From Actinomycetota bacterium (GTDB taxonomy: Bacteria; Actinomycetota; Acidimicrobiia; IMCC26256; VFJJ01): a stretch of 35,161 bases of DNA. The notes below the pieces were generated by a model. That model was not told where the DNA came from, made no database searches, and was given only the letters and a program-made list of their open reading frames with translations. A program made the translations under genes and the position numbers. This document shows, piece by piece, positions 1-9,062 of this stretch (positions are counted from its first letter, which is position 1; each line of letters begins with the position of its first letter). The stretch spans positions 1-35,161 of the forward strand of contig VFJJ01000139.1 in the NCBI GenBank assembly GCA_009886115.1. Direction: 5' to 3'.

Positions 1-75
1 GCTGTCGCGAACATGGCGGTGATCGACGAGCTGTATCGGTTGGCCGATCTGGCGCCTCGCACGCCGACCGACTGA
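1..75 (+). CDS. 3' end of an upstream gene, probably a Gfo/Idh/MocA oxidoreductase (partial)
   Basis: Frame 1 reads AVANMAVIDELYRLADLAPRTPTD*, resembling the 'DAVANMRVIDAxY' C-terminus of actinobacterial Gfo/Idh/MocA proteins. Confidence 0.55.
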   Translation, partial: AVANMAVIDELYRLADLAPRTPTD

Positions 76-158
76 GACTGGCGTCGATCCAGGTCCGGCA
101 ACCAGCGATCGGTAACCGGGTGCGGGGCACGGGCCGGAGCCGGAGGGGGAGGGCAATC

Positions 159-950
159 GTGGCGATCGACCTGACGGGCAAGCGGGTGCTGGTGACCGGG
201 GCCTCGTCGGGCATCGGCGCCCGGGTGGCCGTGCACGCCGCGCGTGCCGGCGCCGTCGTCGGCCTGTGTGCTCGCCGAGCCGATCGATTGCGCGAGACGC
301 TCGACGAGTGCCGCGAGCATTCACCGGGTTCGCAGATGTGGGTCATCGACCTGGGCGACATCGATCTGCTGCCCACGTTGGCCAAGGCCGTCACCGACGA
401 GATGGGCGTGCTCGACGTGCTCGTCAACAACGCGGGTGCCCCGCGCCGCAAGCGCATGGGCGTGGTCGGGCTCGATGCCATCGACGAGACGCTGCGGGTG
501 AACTTCACGCAGGCCGTCCGGCTCACCCAGCTCTTCCTGCCCGGCATGATCGAGCGGGGCTCCGGTCAGGTCGTGAACGTCTCGTCGATGGGAACGCGCA
601 CCGCGGCCTTCGGCGTGGGCATCTACGCGGCAGCGAAGGCGGCGCTGAACCTGGCCACCGAGGCGTTCCACCTCGAGACGGCGGGCACGGGCGTGAGCGT
701 TCAGCTGTTCATCCCCGGAACGACGCACACGGAGTTCTCGATGCCCAAGGAGGGCAACGATCCGGCGATGGTGCTCCCGCCGAGCCAGTCGATGGCCGCC
801 ACCGACGTCGCCACCGCGTTGTGGGCCTTCGTCGGTGACGGGACGTTCGAAGGGTTCGCGTCCGAGAAGCTGGCTCGCATCAGCGCCGCCAAGCTCGCCG
901 ACGCCAACGCGTTCCTGGCCGACACCGTCCGCACGATCACCGCGGGCTGA
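159..950 (+). CDS. Short-chain dehydrogenase/reductase (SDR)
   Basis: TGASSGIG, NNAG and YAAAK motifs; GTG at 159 follows a GGAGGGGG RBS. Confidence 0.92.
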   Translation: MAIDLTGKRVLVTGASSGIGARVAVHAARAGAVVGLCARRADRLRETLDECREHSPGSQMWVIDLGDIDLLPTLAKAVTDEMGVLDVLVNNAGAPRRKRMGVVGLDAIDETLRVNFTQAVRLTQLFLPGMIERGSGQVVNVSSMGTRTAAFGVGIYAAAKAALNLATEAFHLETAGTGVSVQLFIPGTTHTEFSMPKEGNDPAMVLPPSQSMAATDVATALWAFVGDGTFEGFASEKLARISAAKLADANAFLADTVRTITAG

Positions 951-1017
951 GAACGCCCGTCGTTGCGGTCAACGACTCCCACACCCCGGCCACACGAGCA
1001 GCGAGCGAGGAGCACCC

Positions 1018-2007
1018 GTGCTGTCAGGCGAGAAGATCCTCATCACCGGGCCGGCAGGGCAGATCGCCTTCCCGATGGCCGAGTTCCTGGCCCGCGACAA
1101 CGAGGTCTGGGGCATCGCCCGGTTCAGTGAGCCCGGATCGCGTGAACGGGTCGAGGCCGTGGGGGTGACCACTCGTGTCGTCGACCTCGGCACCGGCGAC
1201 TTCGGCGACGTTCCCGACGACTTCACGTACCTCGTGCACATGGCGACGTTCCAGACGGGTGGACTCGACTACGACCACGCGTTGCGGGTCAATGGCGAGG
1301 GTACGGGACTGGTGTTGGCCCACTGCCGCAACGCCCGAGCGGCGCTCGTCGCCTCCACGTTCTCGGTGTACAAGCCCCATCCCGATCCGTTGCACGCCTT
1401 CGTCGAGACCGATCCGCTGGGCGACTGCAATCAGCCGCATTCGCCGACGTACTCGATCTCGAAGATCACCCAGGAGGCCGTGGCCCGCACGTGTGCCCGG
1501 CTGTTCGACCTACCTGTCACCATCGCTCGCATCAACGCGTCGTACGGGCCCAACGGCGGTCTCCCCGCCTACCAGCTCGACTGGATGATGGCCGGCTCGG
1601 TGGTTCCGCTGCGCGCGCCCGGGCCCACTGCGTACAGCCCCATTCACCAGGACGACATGAACGCCCAGGTCGAGCCGTTGCTCGCCGCGGCATCGGTCCC
1701 GGCGACCATCGTGAACTGGGCCGGCGACGACGCGGTCACGGTCGAGGAGTGGTGCCACTATCTGTCCGAGTTGACCGGGTGCACACCGACCTACGAGTAC
1801 CGCGACTATCCGCACAGCATCCGCGGCGCGATTTCCGAGAACACGCGTCGACGTGCGCTGACCGGGCCCTGCCGGGTCGGTTGGAAGGACGGCTTTCGCC
1901 AGACGTTCGACGCGCGCTACCCGGACGGGGTGGCTGCCGACGGCGCGGCGGCCCGTGCCGCCCGTCTCCTGAACGCGTTCGAGTCGTCGGCAGCCGTCGA
2001 GGGCTGA
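1018..2007 (+). CDS. NAD-dependent epimerase/dehydratase (extended SDR)
   Basis: ILITGPAGQIA Rossmann motif, YSISK, YGP; GAGGAG RBS before GTG 1018. Confidence 0.85.
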   Translation: MLSGEKILITGPAGQIAFPMAEFLARDNEVWGIARFSEPGSRERVEAVGVTTRVVDLGTGDFGDVPDDFTYLVHMATFQTGGLDYDHALRVNGEGTGLVLAHCRNARAALVASTFSVYKPHPDPLHAFVETDPLGDCNQPHSPTYSISKITQEAVARTCARLFDLPVTIARINASYGPNGGLPAYQLDWMMAGSVVPLRAPGPTAYSPIHQDDMNAQVEPLLAAASVPATIVNWAGDDAVTVEEWCHYLSELTGCTPTYEYRDYPHSIRGAISENTRRRALTGPCRVGWKDGFRQTFDARYPDGVAADGAAARAARLLNAFESSAAVEG

Positions 2008-2008
2008 G

Positions 2009-3316
2009 CTACAGGTTGTGGTTGGCCAGGTTGTGGTCGACGACGTGAGCGAACCTGGCCTTGGCCGCGGCGACGCGCTCGGGCAGGTGGGCGGTGGGCC
2101 AGAGACCCTCGTAGGGCTTGTAGCCCTTGAGCACCTGGCGGGCCACGGTGATCTTGTGCACCTCGGTGGGACCGTCGGCGATGCCCATCACCGGAGCCAT
2201 CGTCCACATCCCGATGAGGGGCATCTCGTTCGACACGCCCAACGAGCCGTGCACGTGCATCGCCCGGAACACGATGTCCTTCAGGATCTTGGCGGTGGCA
2301 ACCTTGCAGGCCGCGATCTCCTTCCGGGCCTTGTGCCCGCCGACCTGGTCGATGAGCCAGGCCGCGTGCAGCACCATGAGCCGGAACTGGTGCAGCTCGA
2401 TCCATGAGTCGGCCACGTACTCCTGCACCATCTGCTTCGACGCCAGGGGCGAACCCTGGGTGTGGCGCGACAGAGCCCGCTCGCACATCATGTCGATGGC
2501 CTTCTGGCACATGCCGATGGTTCGCATGGCGTGGTGGATGCGCCCACCCCCGAGACGGGTCTGGGCGATCACGAATGCCTGCCCCGGGCCGCCGAGCACG
2601 TTCTCGGCCGGCACACGTACGTTCTCGTAGCGAACGTACGCATGGCTGCCTTCGTCCGGCTCCTCGCCGCCGATGCCGGTGTTGCGCACGATGTTGATGC
2701 CGGGTGTGTCGGTGGGCACGAGGAACATCGACGCGCCCTGGTAGATCGACACGTTGGGATCGGTGACGGCCATCACGATGGCGAAGGCCGAGTACTTCAG
2801 GTTCGACGAGAACCACTTCTCGCCGTTGATGACCCACTCGTCGCCGTCTTGCTCGGCTCGGCAGGTGAACACACCCGGGTCGGCGCCACCCTGGGGCTCG
2901 GTCATCGAGAAGCACGAGACGATCTCGCCATCGAGCAACGGCTTGAGGTACTTGGCCTTCTGCTCATCGGTCCCGTAGTGGGCGATGATCTCGGCGTTCC
3001 CGGTGTCGGGCGCCTGGCAGCCGAACGTCGACGGAGCCCATGTCGATCGCCCGAGGATCTCGTTGATGAGCCCGAGCTTGAGCTGTCCGAACCCGAGGCC
3101 ACCGAGGTCGGGCCCGAGGTGACAGGCCCACAGACCCTGATCCTGCACCATCTTCTGGAGGGGCCGGATGACCTCCTCGTGGACGGGGTGGGTCTTGTCG
3201 TAGACGGTGTGGCTGTCGAAGGCCAGGTCGACGGGCTCCACGTGCTCCTTCACGAATGCGGCGATCCAGTCGAGCTTCTCCTGGAACTCGGGCTCGGTCG
3301 AGAAATCCCACGCCAT
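2009..3316 (-). CDS. Acyl-CoA dehydrogenase, ACAD10/11 (LvaC/FadE2-like) subfamily
   Basis: GCQAPDTGNAE, CFSMTEP, RLGGGRIHHAMR and IADGPTEVH motifs; GAGGAG RBS. Confidence 0.92.
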   Translation of the reverse strand: MAWDFSTEPEFQEKLDWIAAFVKEHVEPVDLAFDSHTVYDKTHPVHEEVIRPLQKMVQDQGLWACHLGPDLGGLGFGQLKLGLINEILGRSTWAPSTFGCQAPDTGNAEIIAHYGTDEQKAKYLKPLLDGEIVSCFSMTEPQGGADPGVFTCRAEQDGDEWVINGEKWFSSNLKYSAFAIVMAVTDPNVSIYQGASMFLVPTDTPGINIVRNTGIGGEEPDEGSHAYVRYENVRVPAENVLGGPGQAFVIAQTRLGGGRIHHAMRTIGMCQKAIDMMCERALSRHTQGSPLASKQMVQEYVADSWIELHQFRLMVLHAAWLIDQVGGHKARKEIAACKVATAKILKDIVFRAMHVHGSLGVSNEMPLIGMWTMAPVMGIADGPTEVHKITVARQVLKGYKPYEGLWPTAHLPERVAAAKARFAHVVDHNLANHNL

Positions 3317-3387
3317 GACTGCTCCTCAGAGTTTCGTTGTTCGGGTGTCGGTGTTGTGGTGGTGTCGGTGATCGAGTGGGCGAGGGC

Positions 3388-4149
3388 TCAGTGCCGTGTC
3401 GGTCCCGATCTCGGCGGGCCGGCCGAGGTGTGCGTGGTACCGGGAGGGTCGACGGCCCACGATGGGCTCGATCCCCATTCGTCTTCGAAGACCAGTTCCC
3501 CCAAGGGGCGACGCCGCACAGGGCCGTGTCGGCCCTCGGGGCGTCCGAGGCTGATGGTGGCCGCCATGAAGACCTCGTCGGGGATGCCGAGCAGAGCCCT
3601 GAGCTCGTTCTCGACGATGCCGTGCCAGCCGGTGAGCACGCCGCCATAGCCGAGGGCACGAGCGGCCAACAGGATGTTCTGGCACGCCGGGTAGACCGAG
3701 GCTCCCTCGAACGACGTGGCTTCGCGATAGCGCACGAGGCAGGGCAGGATCACGACCGGCGTGCGGTGGAACTCGTCGACGAAGCGGTCCATCGTGCGGG
3801 CCATTCGGGCCTTGGGGGAATCGTCGATCGTTCCCGACCCGGTGTCGTACCCGTCGGTGCCGCGCTTGGAGGCCCAAGCACGCCGCGCTGCTTCACCCAT
3901 GAGCCGCTTGGCCTCGACGGCTTTCGGACCATCGCGCAGCACCAGGAAGCGGAAGGGCTGCCGATTGGAGCCGCTCGCGGCACGGGTGGCCGAGAACACG
4001 ATGGCCCTGAGGACGTCGTCGGGGATGGGCTCGTCGCGATAGCGCCGGATGGCGCGCGTCGTGGCCATCCCTTCGAGCAGCCCCACCGTGTCTCGCGCGA
4101 GAGCGTCCGTCGACAGACCGTCAGCAGAACTCGTCGCGGGTTCATCCAC
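3388..4149 (-). CDS. FMN-dependent nitroreductase family protein
   Basis: TTRAIRRY...RAASGSNRQPFRF and QNILLAARALGYG; GTG at 4149 lies 6 nt after a CATGAT -10-like hexamer. Confidence 0.88.
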   Translation of the reverse strand: MDEPATSSADGLSTDALARDTVGLLEGMATTRAIRRYRDEPIPDDVLRAIVFSATRAASGSNRQPFRFLVLRDGPKAVEAKRLMGEAARRAWASKRGTDGYDTGSGTIDDSPKARMARTMDRFVDEFHRTPVVILPCLVRYREATSFEGASVYPACQNILLAARALGYGGVLTGWHGIVENELRALLGIPDEVFMAATISLGRPEGRHGPVRRRPLGELVFEDEWGSSPSWAVDPPGTTHTSAGPPRSGPTRH

Positions 4150-4250
4150 GCTCGGATCATGGCACGCCCCCGGGGCTGTGCGCCGGGTCGCTCGCGAACC
4201 GGGGGCACGACCAGCTAGGTTCGCCCGCAATCGTCGATCGAGGGGGAGAG

Positions 4251-5063
4251 ATGGCCAAGAGCGGGTTGGGCCTGAAGGGGCGCAAGGCAATCGTGGTGGG
4301 GGCGGGGTCGGGTATCGGCGAGGAGACGTCGCTCCTGCTCGCCCGGTCGGGGGCCGACGTCGCTGCCGTCGACGTCGATGCCGGCCGTGCGGCGGCGGTG
4401 GCGAAGGCCATCGCGGCCGAGGGTGTCCGGTCCGTTGCCGTCATTGGCGACGTGACCGTCAGGGCCGACGCCGAGCGCGTCGTCGACGAGGCAGCCGAAG
4501 CGTTGGGCGGGCTCGACGCGCTCGTGAACATCGTGGGCTTCGCAGCCTGGAGTGATCTCATGTCGATGGAAGACGACACCTGGGCTCTCGATCTCCAGCG
4601 CAACCTCACGCACCACCTGTACACCTCCCGGGCGGCAGCCCGTCGGATGATCGCCAGTGGCACCAAGGGGTCCATCGCCGTCGTGGCCTCGGTCAGCGGG
4701 CTCTATGGAGCCCCCAACCACGGTGCCTACGGAGCGGCGAAGGCCGGGCTGATGGACCTGGTCCGGACCATGGCCCAGGAGTGGGGAGTGCACGGTATCC
4801 GCGTGAACGCTGTCGCTCCCGACATGATCGCGACACCCCGGGTGGCCGCGGCGATGGCTGCATCGGGTCGCAGCCTCGATGCCGACGCGGCCGGCGACGG
4901 TGCGCCGCTGGCCCGGGCCGGGCTCCCCGACGAGATCGCCGGGCCGCTCGTGTTCCTCGTGTCCGACCTGGCCAGCTTCATGACGGGCCAAACCCTGGTC
5001 GTCGACGGCGGCATGCGGTCGGCGTTCCCGCACCTGGGCGGCACCCGGGCCATGCCCCGATGA
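4251..5063 (+). CDS. SDR family oxidoreductase (FabG-like)
   Basis: VGAGSGIG, YGAAK, IRVNAVAP, TGQTLVVDGG; GGGGAG RBS. Confidence 0.92.
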   Translation: MAKSGLGLKGRKAIVVGAGSGIGEETSLLLARSGADVAAVDVDAGRAAAVAKAIAAEGVRSVAVIGDVTVRADAERVVDEAAEALGGLDALVNIVGFAAWSDLMSMEDDTWALDLQRNLTHHLYTSRAAARRMIASGTKGSIAVVASVSGLYGAPNHGAYGAAKAGLMDLVRTMAQEWGVHGIRVNAVAPDMIATPRVAAAMAASGRSLDADAAGDGAPLARAGLPDEIAGPLVFLVSDLASFMTGQTLVVDGGMRSAFPHLGGTRAMPR

Positions 5064-6124
5064 CCGCGGTCGGCGCCCTTTCCGACTTCGACGGGTTGCT
5101 GCACTGGGGGCGGCTCCAGGAATGGATCGCCGAGCAGCCGGCCATCCCGGGCACCGGGCCTGTGACGGCCGTCGAGCAACTGACGGGTGGATCGCAGAAC
5201 AACATCTACCGGATGACCCGCGACGGTGGCGACTTCGTGCTGCGCCGCCCGCCCACACATCTCCGGCCCAACAGCAACGACACCATGCTGCGCGAGGCTC
5301 GGGTGCTCGGGGCCATCGGTGGCAGCGACGTCCCCCACCCGCAACTGTTCGCCTCGTGTGCCGATCTCGACGTGATCGGGGTGGCGTTCTACGTGATGGC
5401 GACCGTCGACGGGTTCTGTCCGACCGGACCGCTCCCGGAGTCGTACGCCACCGACCCGGGCTGGCGACGCACGTTGGCGTTCGAGATGGTGGAGGGCGCG
5501 GCCAAGCTCTCCCGGATCGACCATGAAGCCGTGGGTCTGAGCGACTTCGGCAAGGCCGAGAACTGGCTGGAGCGCCAGGTGGGCCGCTGGCGCTCGCAGC
5601 TCGACGGCTACTCGCAGCTCGACGGCTACGAGGGTGCGCAGATCCCCGATGTCGACCGGGTCGGCGCCTGGCTCGAGGCGAACCGTCCGTCCGAGTACCG
5701 GATGGGCGTCATCCACGGCGACTACCAGTTCGCCAACGTGATGATGTCCCACGATGCGCCGCGGCTGGCCGCGGCGATCGACTGGGAGCTCTCGACGCTG
5801 GGCGACCCGATGCTCGATCTGGCGTGGGCCCTCTCCGCGTTCGTCGAGCCCGGCGATCCTCCGGGCAAGGAGCCCGCGTTCTCGCCGTGGAGCGACGTCC
5901 CCAGCCGGGCGGAGCTCATTTCGCACTACGGCGGGCTGGTCGGCCGTGACATGTCGGTGTTCCCGTACTACTTCGTGCTGGCGTGCTACAAGCTCGGCTG
6001 CATCCTCGAGGGGACCTACGCCCGGGCCTGCGCCGGACAAGCTCCGAAGGACATCGGCGACCAGCTCCATGCCTACACGCTCTGGCTGTTCGCCATGGCG
6101 AACACGACGATCAACCAGGCGTAG
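5060..6124 (+). CDS. APH-family phosphotransferase (LvaA/ACAD10-11 kinase-like)
   Basis: GGSQN, FVLRRPP, HGDYQFANV and IDWEL motifs; ATGA overlap with the SDR stop. Confidence 0.88.
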   Translation: MTAVGALSDFDGLLHWGRLQEWIAEQPAIPGTGPVTAVEQLTGGSQNNIYRMTRDGGDFVLRRPPTHLRPNSNDTMLREARVLGAIGGSDVPHPQLFASCADLDVIGVAFYVMATVDGFCPTGPLPESYATDPGWRRTLAFEMVEGAAKLSRIDHEAVGLSDFGKAENWLERQVGRWRSQLDGYSQLDGYEGAQIPDVDRVGAWLEANRPSEYRMGVIHGDYQFANVMMSHDAPRLAAAIDWELSTLGDPMLDLAWALSAFVEPGDPPGKEPAFSPWSDVPSRAELISHYGGLVGRDMSVFPYYFVLACYKLGCILEGTYARACAGQAPKDIGDQLHAYTLWLFAMANTTINQA

Positions 6125-6282
6125 TCGAGCCCACCACGCCGGCGGCTGCGATCACCGCATGCGCCGCGGTAGCGACGGGCCCGCCGTTGCCTCCTCCGTG
6201 TCGCCCACAAGATTCTCTGATTCGGGCATCCGGGATGACCGTCGGCGTCGAACTGGTGCAGAGACTGTGCGAACAGCGCACG

Positions 6283-6759
6283 GCCGGTGCCGTCGACCCC
6301 AACCAGACGCCTGCGCCGCTCATCGGGCTGAGCGAGACCGATCAGCTCGTGCTGTTCGCGTCCGGGGCTCCCGGTGTGGTGACCACCAGAGCCGTCACCG
6401 GGCTGCAGGCGAACGAGTCGCTGCTCGGTGTCGACGTCCGTCCGCTCATCTTCGCCATCAGCAACACGAGCCGTCTCTACACGATCACCCTCGACGGCTT
6501 CGACATCAGCGGTTCGACCGGAAGGGCCTACGCGGCATGCACCGTCGGCGCCAACACCTTCACCACCGTGTACTCGGTGAGCCTGGCCAACGGCGTGGCA
6601 ACGCCCGTGGGTGCCACGGCGGCCGGCTCGACCTTCATCGACATCGCCGTGCTCGAACGTCCGGGCTACGTGCTCGCGGCGTCCGACGGCGGCGCGCCCG
6701 ACCTCGGTTCGCTCAGCGTCACCCCCGTCCGCCCGATCGTTGGGATCGCTGCTGGCTGA
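6283..6759 (+). pseudogene. Internally deleted remnant of a DUF4394-domain secreted protein with a C-terminal GYxLxASDGG repeat
   Basis: LIGLSETDQLVLF..VTGLQANESLLGVDVRP..SRLYTI matches the DUF4394 N-terminus and runs directly into GFDISG (C-terminal part). It ends GYVLAASDGG..GSL..PIVGIAA. No start codon or full signal peptide. Confidence 0.65.
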
Positions 6760-6816
6760 TCGCTGTATCGAACTGTGTGGGCGCTTGACCCGGTCACCGC
6801 CGGGATAGGCGATTCA

Positions 6817-6854
6817 GCGGGGTCCGCGACCACGTCCCTGGTCGCGGACCCCGC
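6817..6854. terminator. Perfect 16 bp GC-rich hairpin (terminator or RNA-stability element)
   Basis: GCGGGGTCCGCGACCA-cgtccc-TGGTCGCGGACCCCGC; no U-tract. Confidence 0.55.
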
Positions 6855-6922
6855 CCCTCGTTCGAGAGGAGTGATCCGGCACACTTGCCCTCGTGCCGGT
6901 CCGGTGTGTTTGACTGCACCTC

Positions 6923-7930
6923 GTGGCGACGACGACGGAAACCATCCAGACGATCGAGTACCCGTACACCCGGACGACCGGGGCGTACCTGGGACCGTTC
7001 CTGACTGCGCTGCGCGACGGGAGGCTGCTCGGCAATCGGATCGCGGGCAAGGTCTACTGCCCGCCGCTCGAGTACGACCCCGACAACGGCGATCCGGCTC
7101 CGACCGAGATGATCGAGGTCGGCCCGGGCGCAACGGTGCTCGGGTTCACCTGGGTCAGCGACCCGTCGACCAAGCATCCCGTCTCGCACCCGTTCGCCTT
7201 CGCGCTGATCAAGCTCGACGGCGCCGATGTGCCGATGGTGCACGCGGTCGACCTGGGCGACGGTCCCGGCGCCGGCCTCGACGGCATGTCCATCGGCATG
7301 CGCGTTGCGGCTCAGTACCGCGAGGAGCGGGTCGGGGCGATCACCGACGTGGTCTTCGTGCCCGAGAGCGCGGCACAGGCCCAGGTGATCGAGCCGGGCG
7401 ACGACCCCGTCCTCATCACGACGCATCTCATCTCGCTCCAGGTGAAGGAGCGGTTGTTCCCGCACCGGCAGCGTTTCGCCGAGGGGCTGCTCGCGGGCAC
7501 GATCATCGGCCAACGCAGCCCCGTCAGCGCGAAGGTGACGGTGCCGGGCCGCGGGTACGACAACCTCGAACGGGTCGTGTGCACCGACGACGACGATGTG
7601 GTGGTGTCCGACCGGGGGACGGTCGCGACGTACACGGTCATCACTCCTGTGCGTTACTACGGCCAGAAGGAGACCGAGCCGTACATCCGCTGCGCGGTCC
7701 TGCTCGACGGCTCCGACTCACCGATCATGGGTGTCGACGTCCGCGACATCCCACCGGACGAGTTCAAGATCGGCTTGCGGTTGCAGGCGATCTGGCGCCC
7801 GGCCGCAGAGCGGAGCATCTCCGATCTCGACAACCGCTCCGGGGGCAGCTGGGAAGGCGTGATCGCCCGCTGGGAACGCACCGGCGAGCCCGACCTCGAC
7901 CCCGAGCTCATGAAGGATCACAACTTCTGA
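6923..7930 (+). CDS. Tandem DUF35/OB-fold protein (Rv3521-like), partner of Ltp3/Ltp4
   Basis: YTRTTG..FLTALRDGR, KVYCPPLEYDP, PFAFALIKLDGAD and a second OB-fold (AVLLDGSD); directly upstream of ltp4-ltp3. Confidence 0.88.
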   Translation: MATTTETIQTIEYPYTRTTGAYLGPFLTALRDGRLLGNRIAGKVYCPPLEYDPDNGDPAPTEMIEVGPGATVLGFTWVSDPSTKHPVSHPFAFALIKLDGADVPMVHAVDLGDGPGAGLDGMSIGMRVAAQYREERVGAITDVVFVPESAAQAQVIEPGDDPVLITTHLISLQVKERLFPHRQRFAEGLLAGTIIGQRSPVSAKVTVPGRGYDNLERVVCTDDDDVVVSDRGTVATYTVITPVRYYGQKETEPYIRCAVLLDGSDSPIMGVDVRDIPPDEFKIGLRLQAIWRPAAERSISDLDNRSGGSWEGVIARWERTGEPDLDPELMKDHNF

Positions 7931-7991
7931 TGCCTCCCCAGGCCGCACTTTCGTCCGTTCCCCGTCCCGTCACCTCGAGCTGGGAGCTCCC

Positions 7992-9062
7992 GTGACCCAC
8001 TCCGCCGACGACATCGCGATCGTCGCCTGCTCGCAGACGCCCTCGTATCGGGCGTTCCCCAACAGCGAGCAGATCATGATCATGAACTGCGTCAACGACC
8101 TGTTGACGCGCACCGGCCTCGATCGCCATCGCGACATCAACTTCACGATCGCCGGGTCGTGCGACTACCTGTCGGGCATGCCCTTCGCCTTCGTGCAGAA
8201 CATCGACGGTGTCGGGGCCTGGCCGCCGGTGTACGAGAGCCACGTCGAGATGGACGGCGCCTGGGCCATGTTCGAGGGCTGGATCCGCCTCCAGCTCGGC
8301 GACATCGACACGTGCCTGGTCATCGGCTCGGGCAAGTCCTCGCCGGGCACGCCCCGTCACGTCTTCCCGTTGCAGACCGACCCGTACGTCGCTGCGCCGC
8401 TCGGACTCGACTACATCTCGCTCGCCGGGCTCCAGGCCAACGCCTTGATCAACACGGGCAAGGCAACCGAGCGCGACTTCGCCGAGGTCGTATCGCGCAG
8501 CCGCCGAGCCGGGCTCGCCAATCCCAATGCCCAGGTGGCCAACGACACCTCGGTCGACGAGCTCCTCGCTGCGCCGTACTACAGCTCGCCGTTGCGGCTG
8601 CACGATGTACCGCCGGTCAGCGACGGAGCGGCCGTGCTGCTGCTCGCCCGCGGCGACAGGGCCCGCGAGATCACCGACACGCCCGTGTGGATCAACGGTC
8701 TCGATCATCGCATCGACTCGCACCACATCGGCTTGCGCGACCTCTCGGTGAGCCCGTCGGCCCGTCTGGCGGGCGAGAAGGCCGGTGTGCACGACGGCCC
8801 GGTCGACATCGCTGAGCTGTGCGTGAGCTTCAGCCCCGAGGAGATCATCCTGCGAGAGGCGCTCGGGCTCGGGGAGTCGACCTCGGTGAACCCATCGGGC
8901 GGACCCCTCACCGGTCATCCGTTGATGGCCACGGGGTTGATCCGTGTGATCGAGGTGGCGCAACGGATCATGAGTGGTGAAGCCCGCCGCGGTGTGGCCC
9001 ATGCTTCGAGCGGTCCGTGCCTGCAGCAGAACCTCGTGTGCGTCCTTGAAGGAGGCCAGTGA
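7992..9062 (+). CDS. ltp4: SCPx-type thiolase-fold protein Ltp4
   Basis: GSCDYLSG, PPVYESHVEMDGAWA, GKSS, QTDPY, NPSGGPL and HASSGPCLQQNLVCVLEG match Rv3522/Ltp4 as I recall it. Confidence 0.88.
   Translation: MTHSADDIAIVACSQTPSYRAFPNSEQIMIMNCVNDLLTRTGLDRHRDINFTIAGSCDYLSGMPFAFVQNIDGVGAWPPVYESHVEMDGAWAMFEGWIRLQLGDIDTCLVIGSGKSSPGTPRHVFPLQTDPYVAAPLGLDYISLAGLQANALINTGKATERDFAEVVSRSRRAGLANPNAQVANDTSVDELLAAPYYSSPLRLHDVPPVSDGAAVLLLARGDRAREITDTPVWINGLDHRIDSHHIGLRDLSVSPSARLAGEKAGVHDGPVDIAELCVSFSPEEIILREALGLGESTSVNPSGGPLTGHPLMATGLIRVIEVAQRIMSGEARRGVAHASSGPCLQQNLVCVLEGGQ

Noticed and set aside
5594..5629. Exact 18 bp tandem (SQLDGY x2) in the phosphotransferase
   Set aside because: It is in frame, and homologs as I recall have a similar quasi-repeat of the same length, so no functional change is implied.
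6923..7930. DUF35 domains lacking the zinc-ribbon cysteines as a novelty
   Set aside because: As I recall, Rv3521-type tandem DUF35 proteins also lack them, so this is typical of the family.
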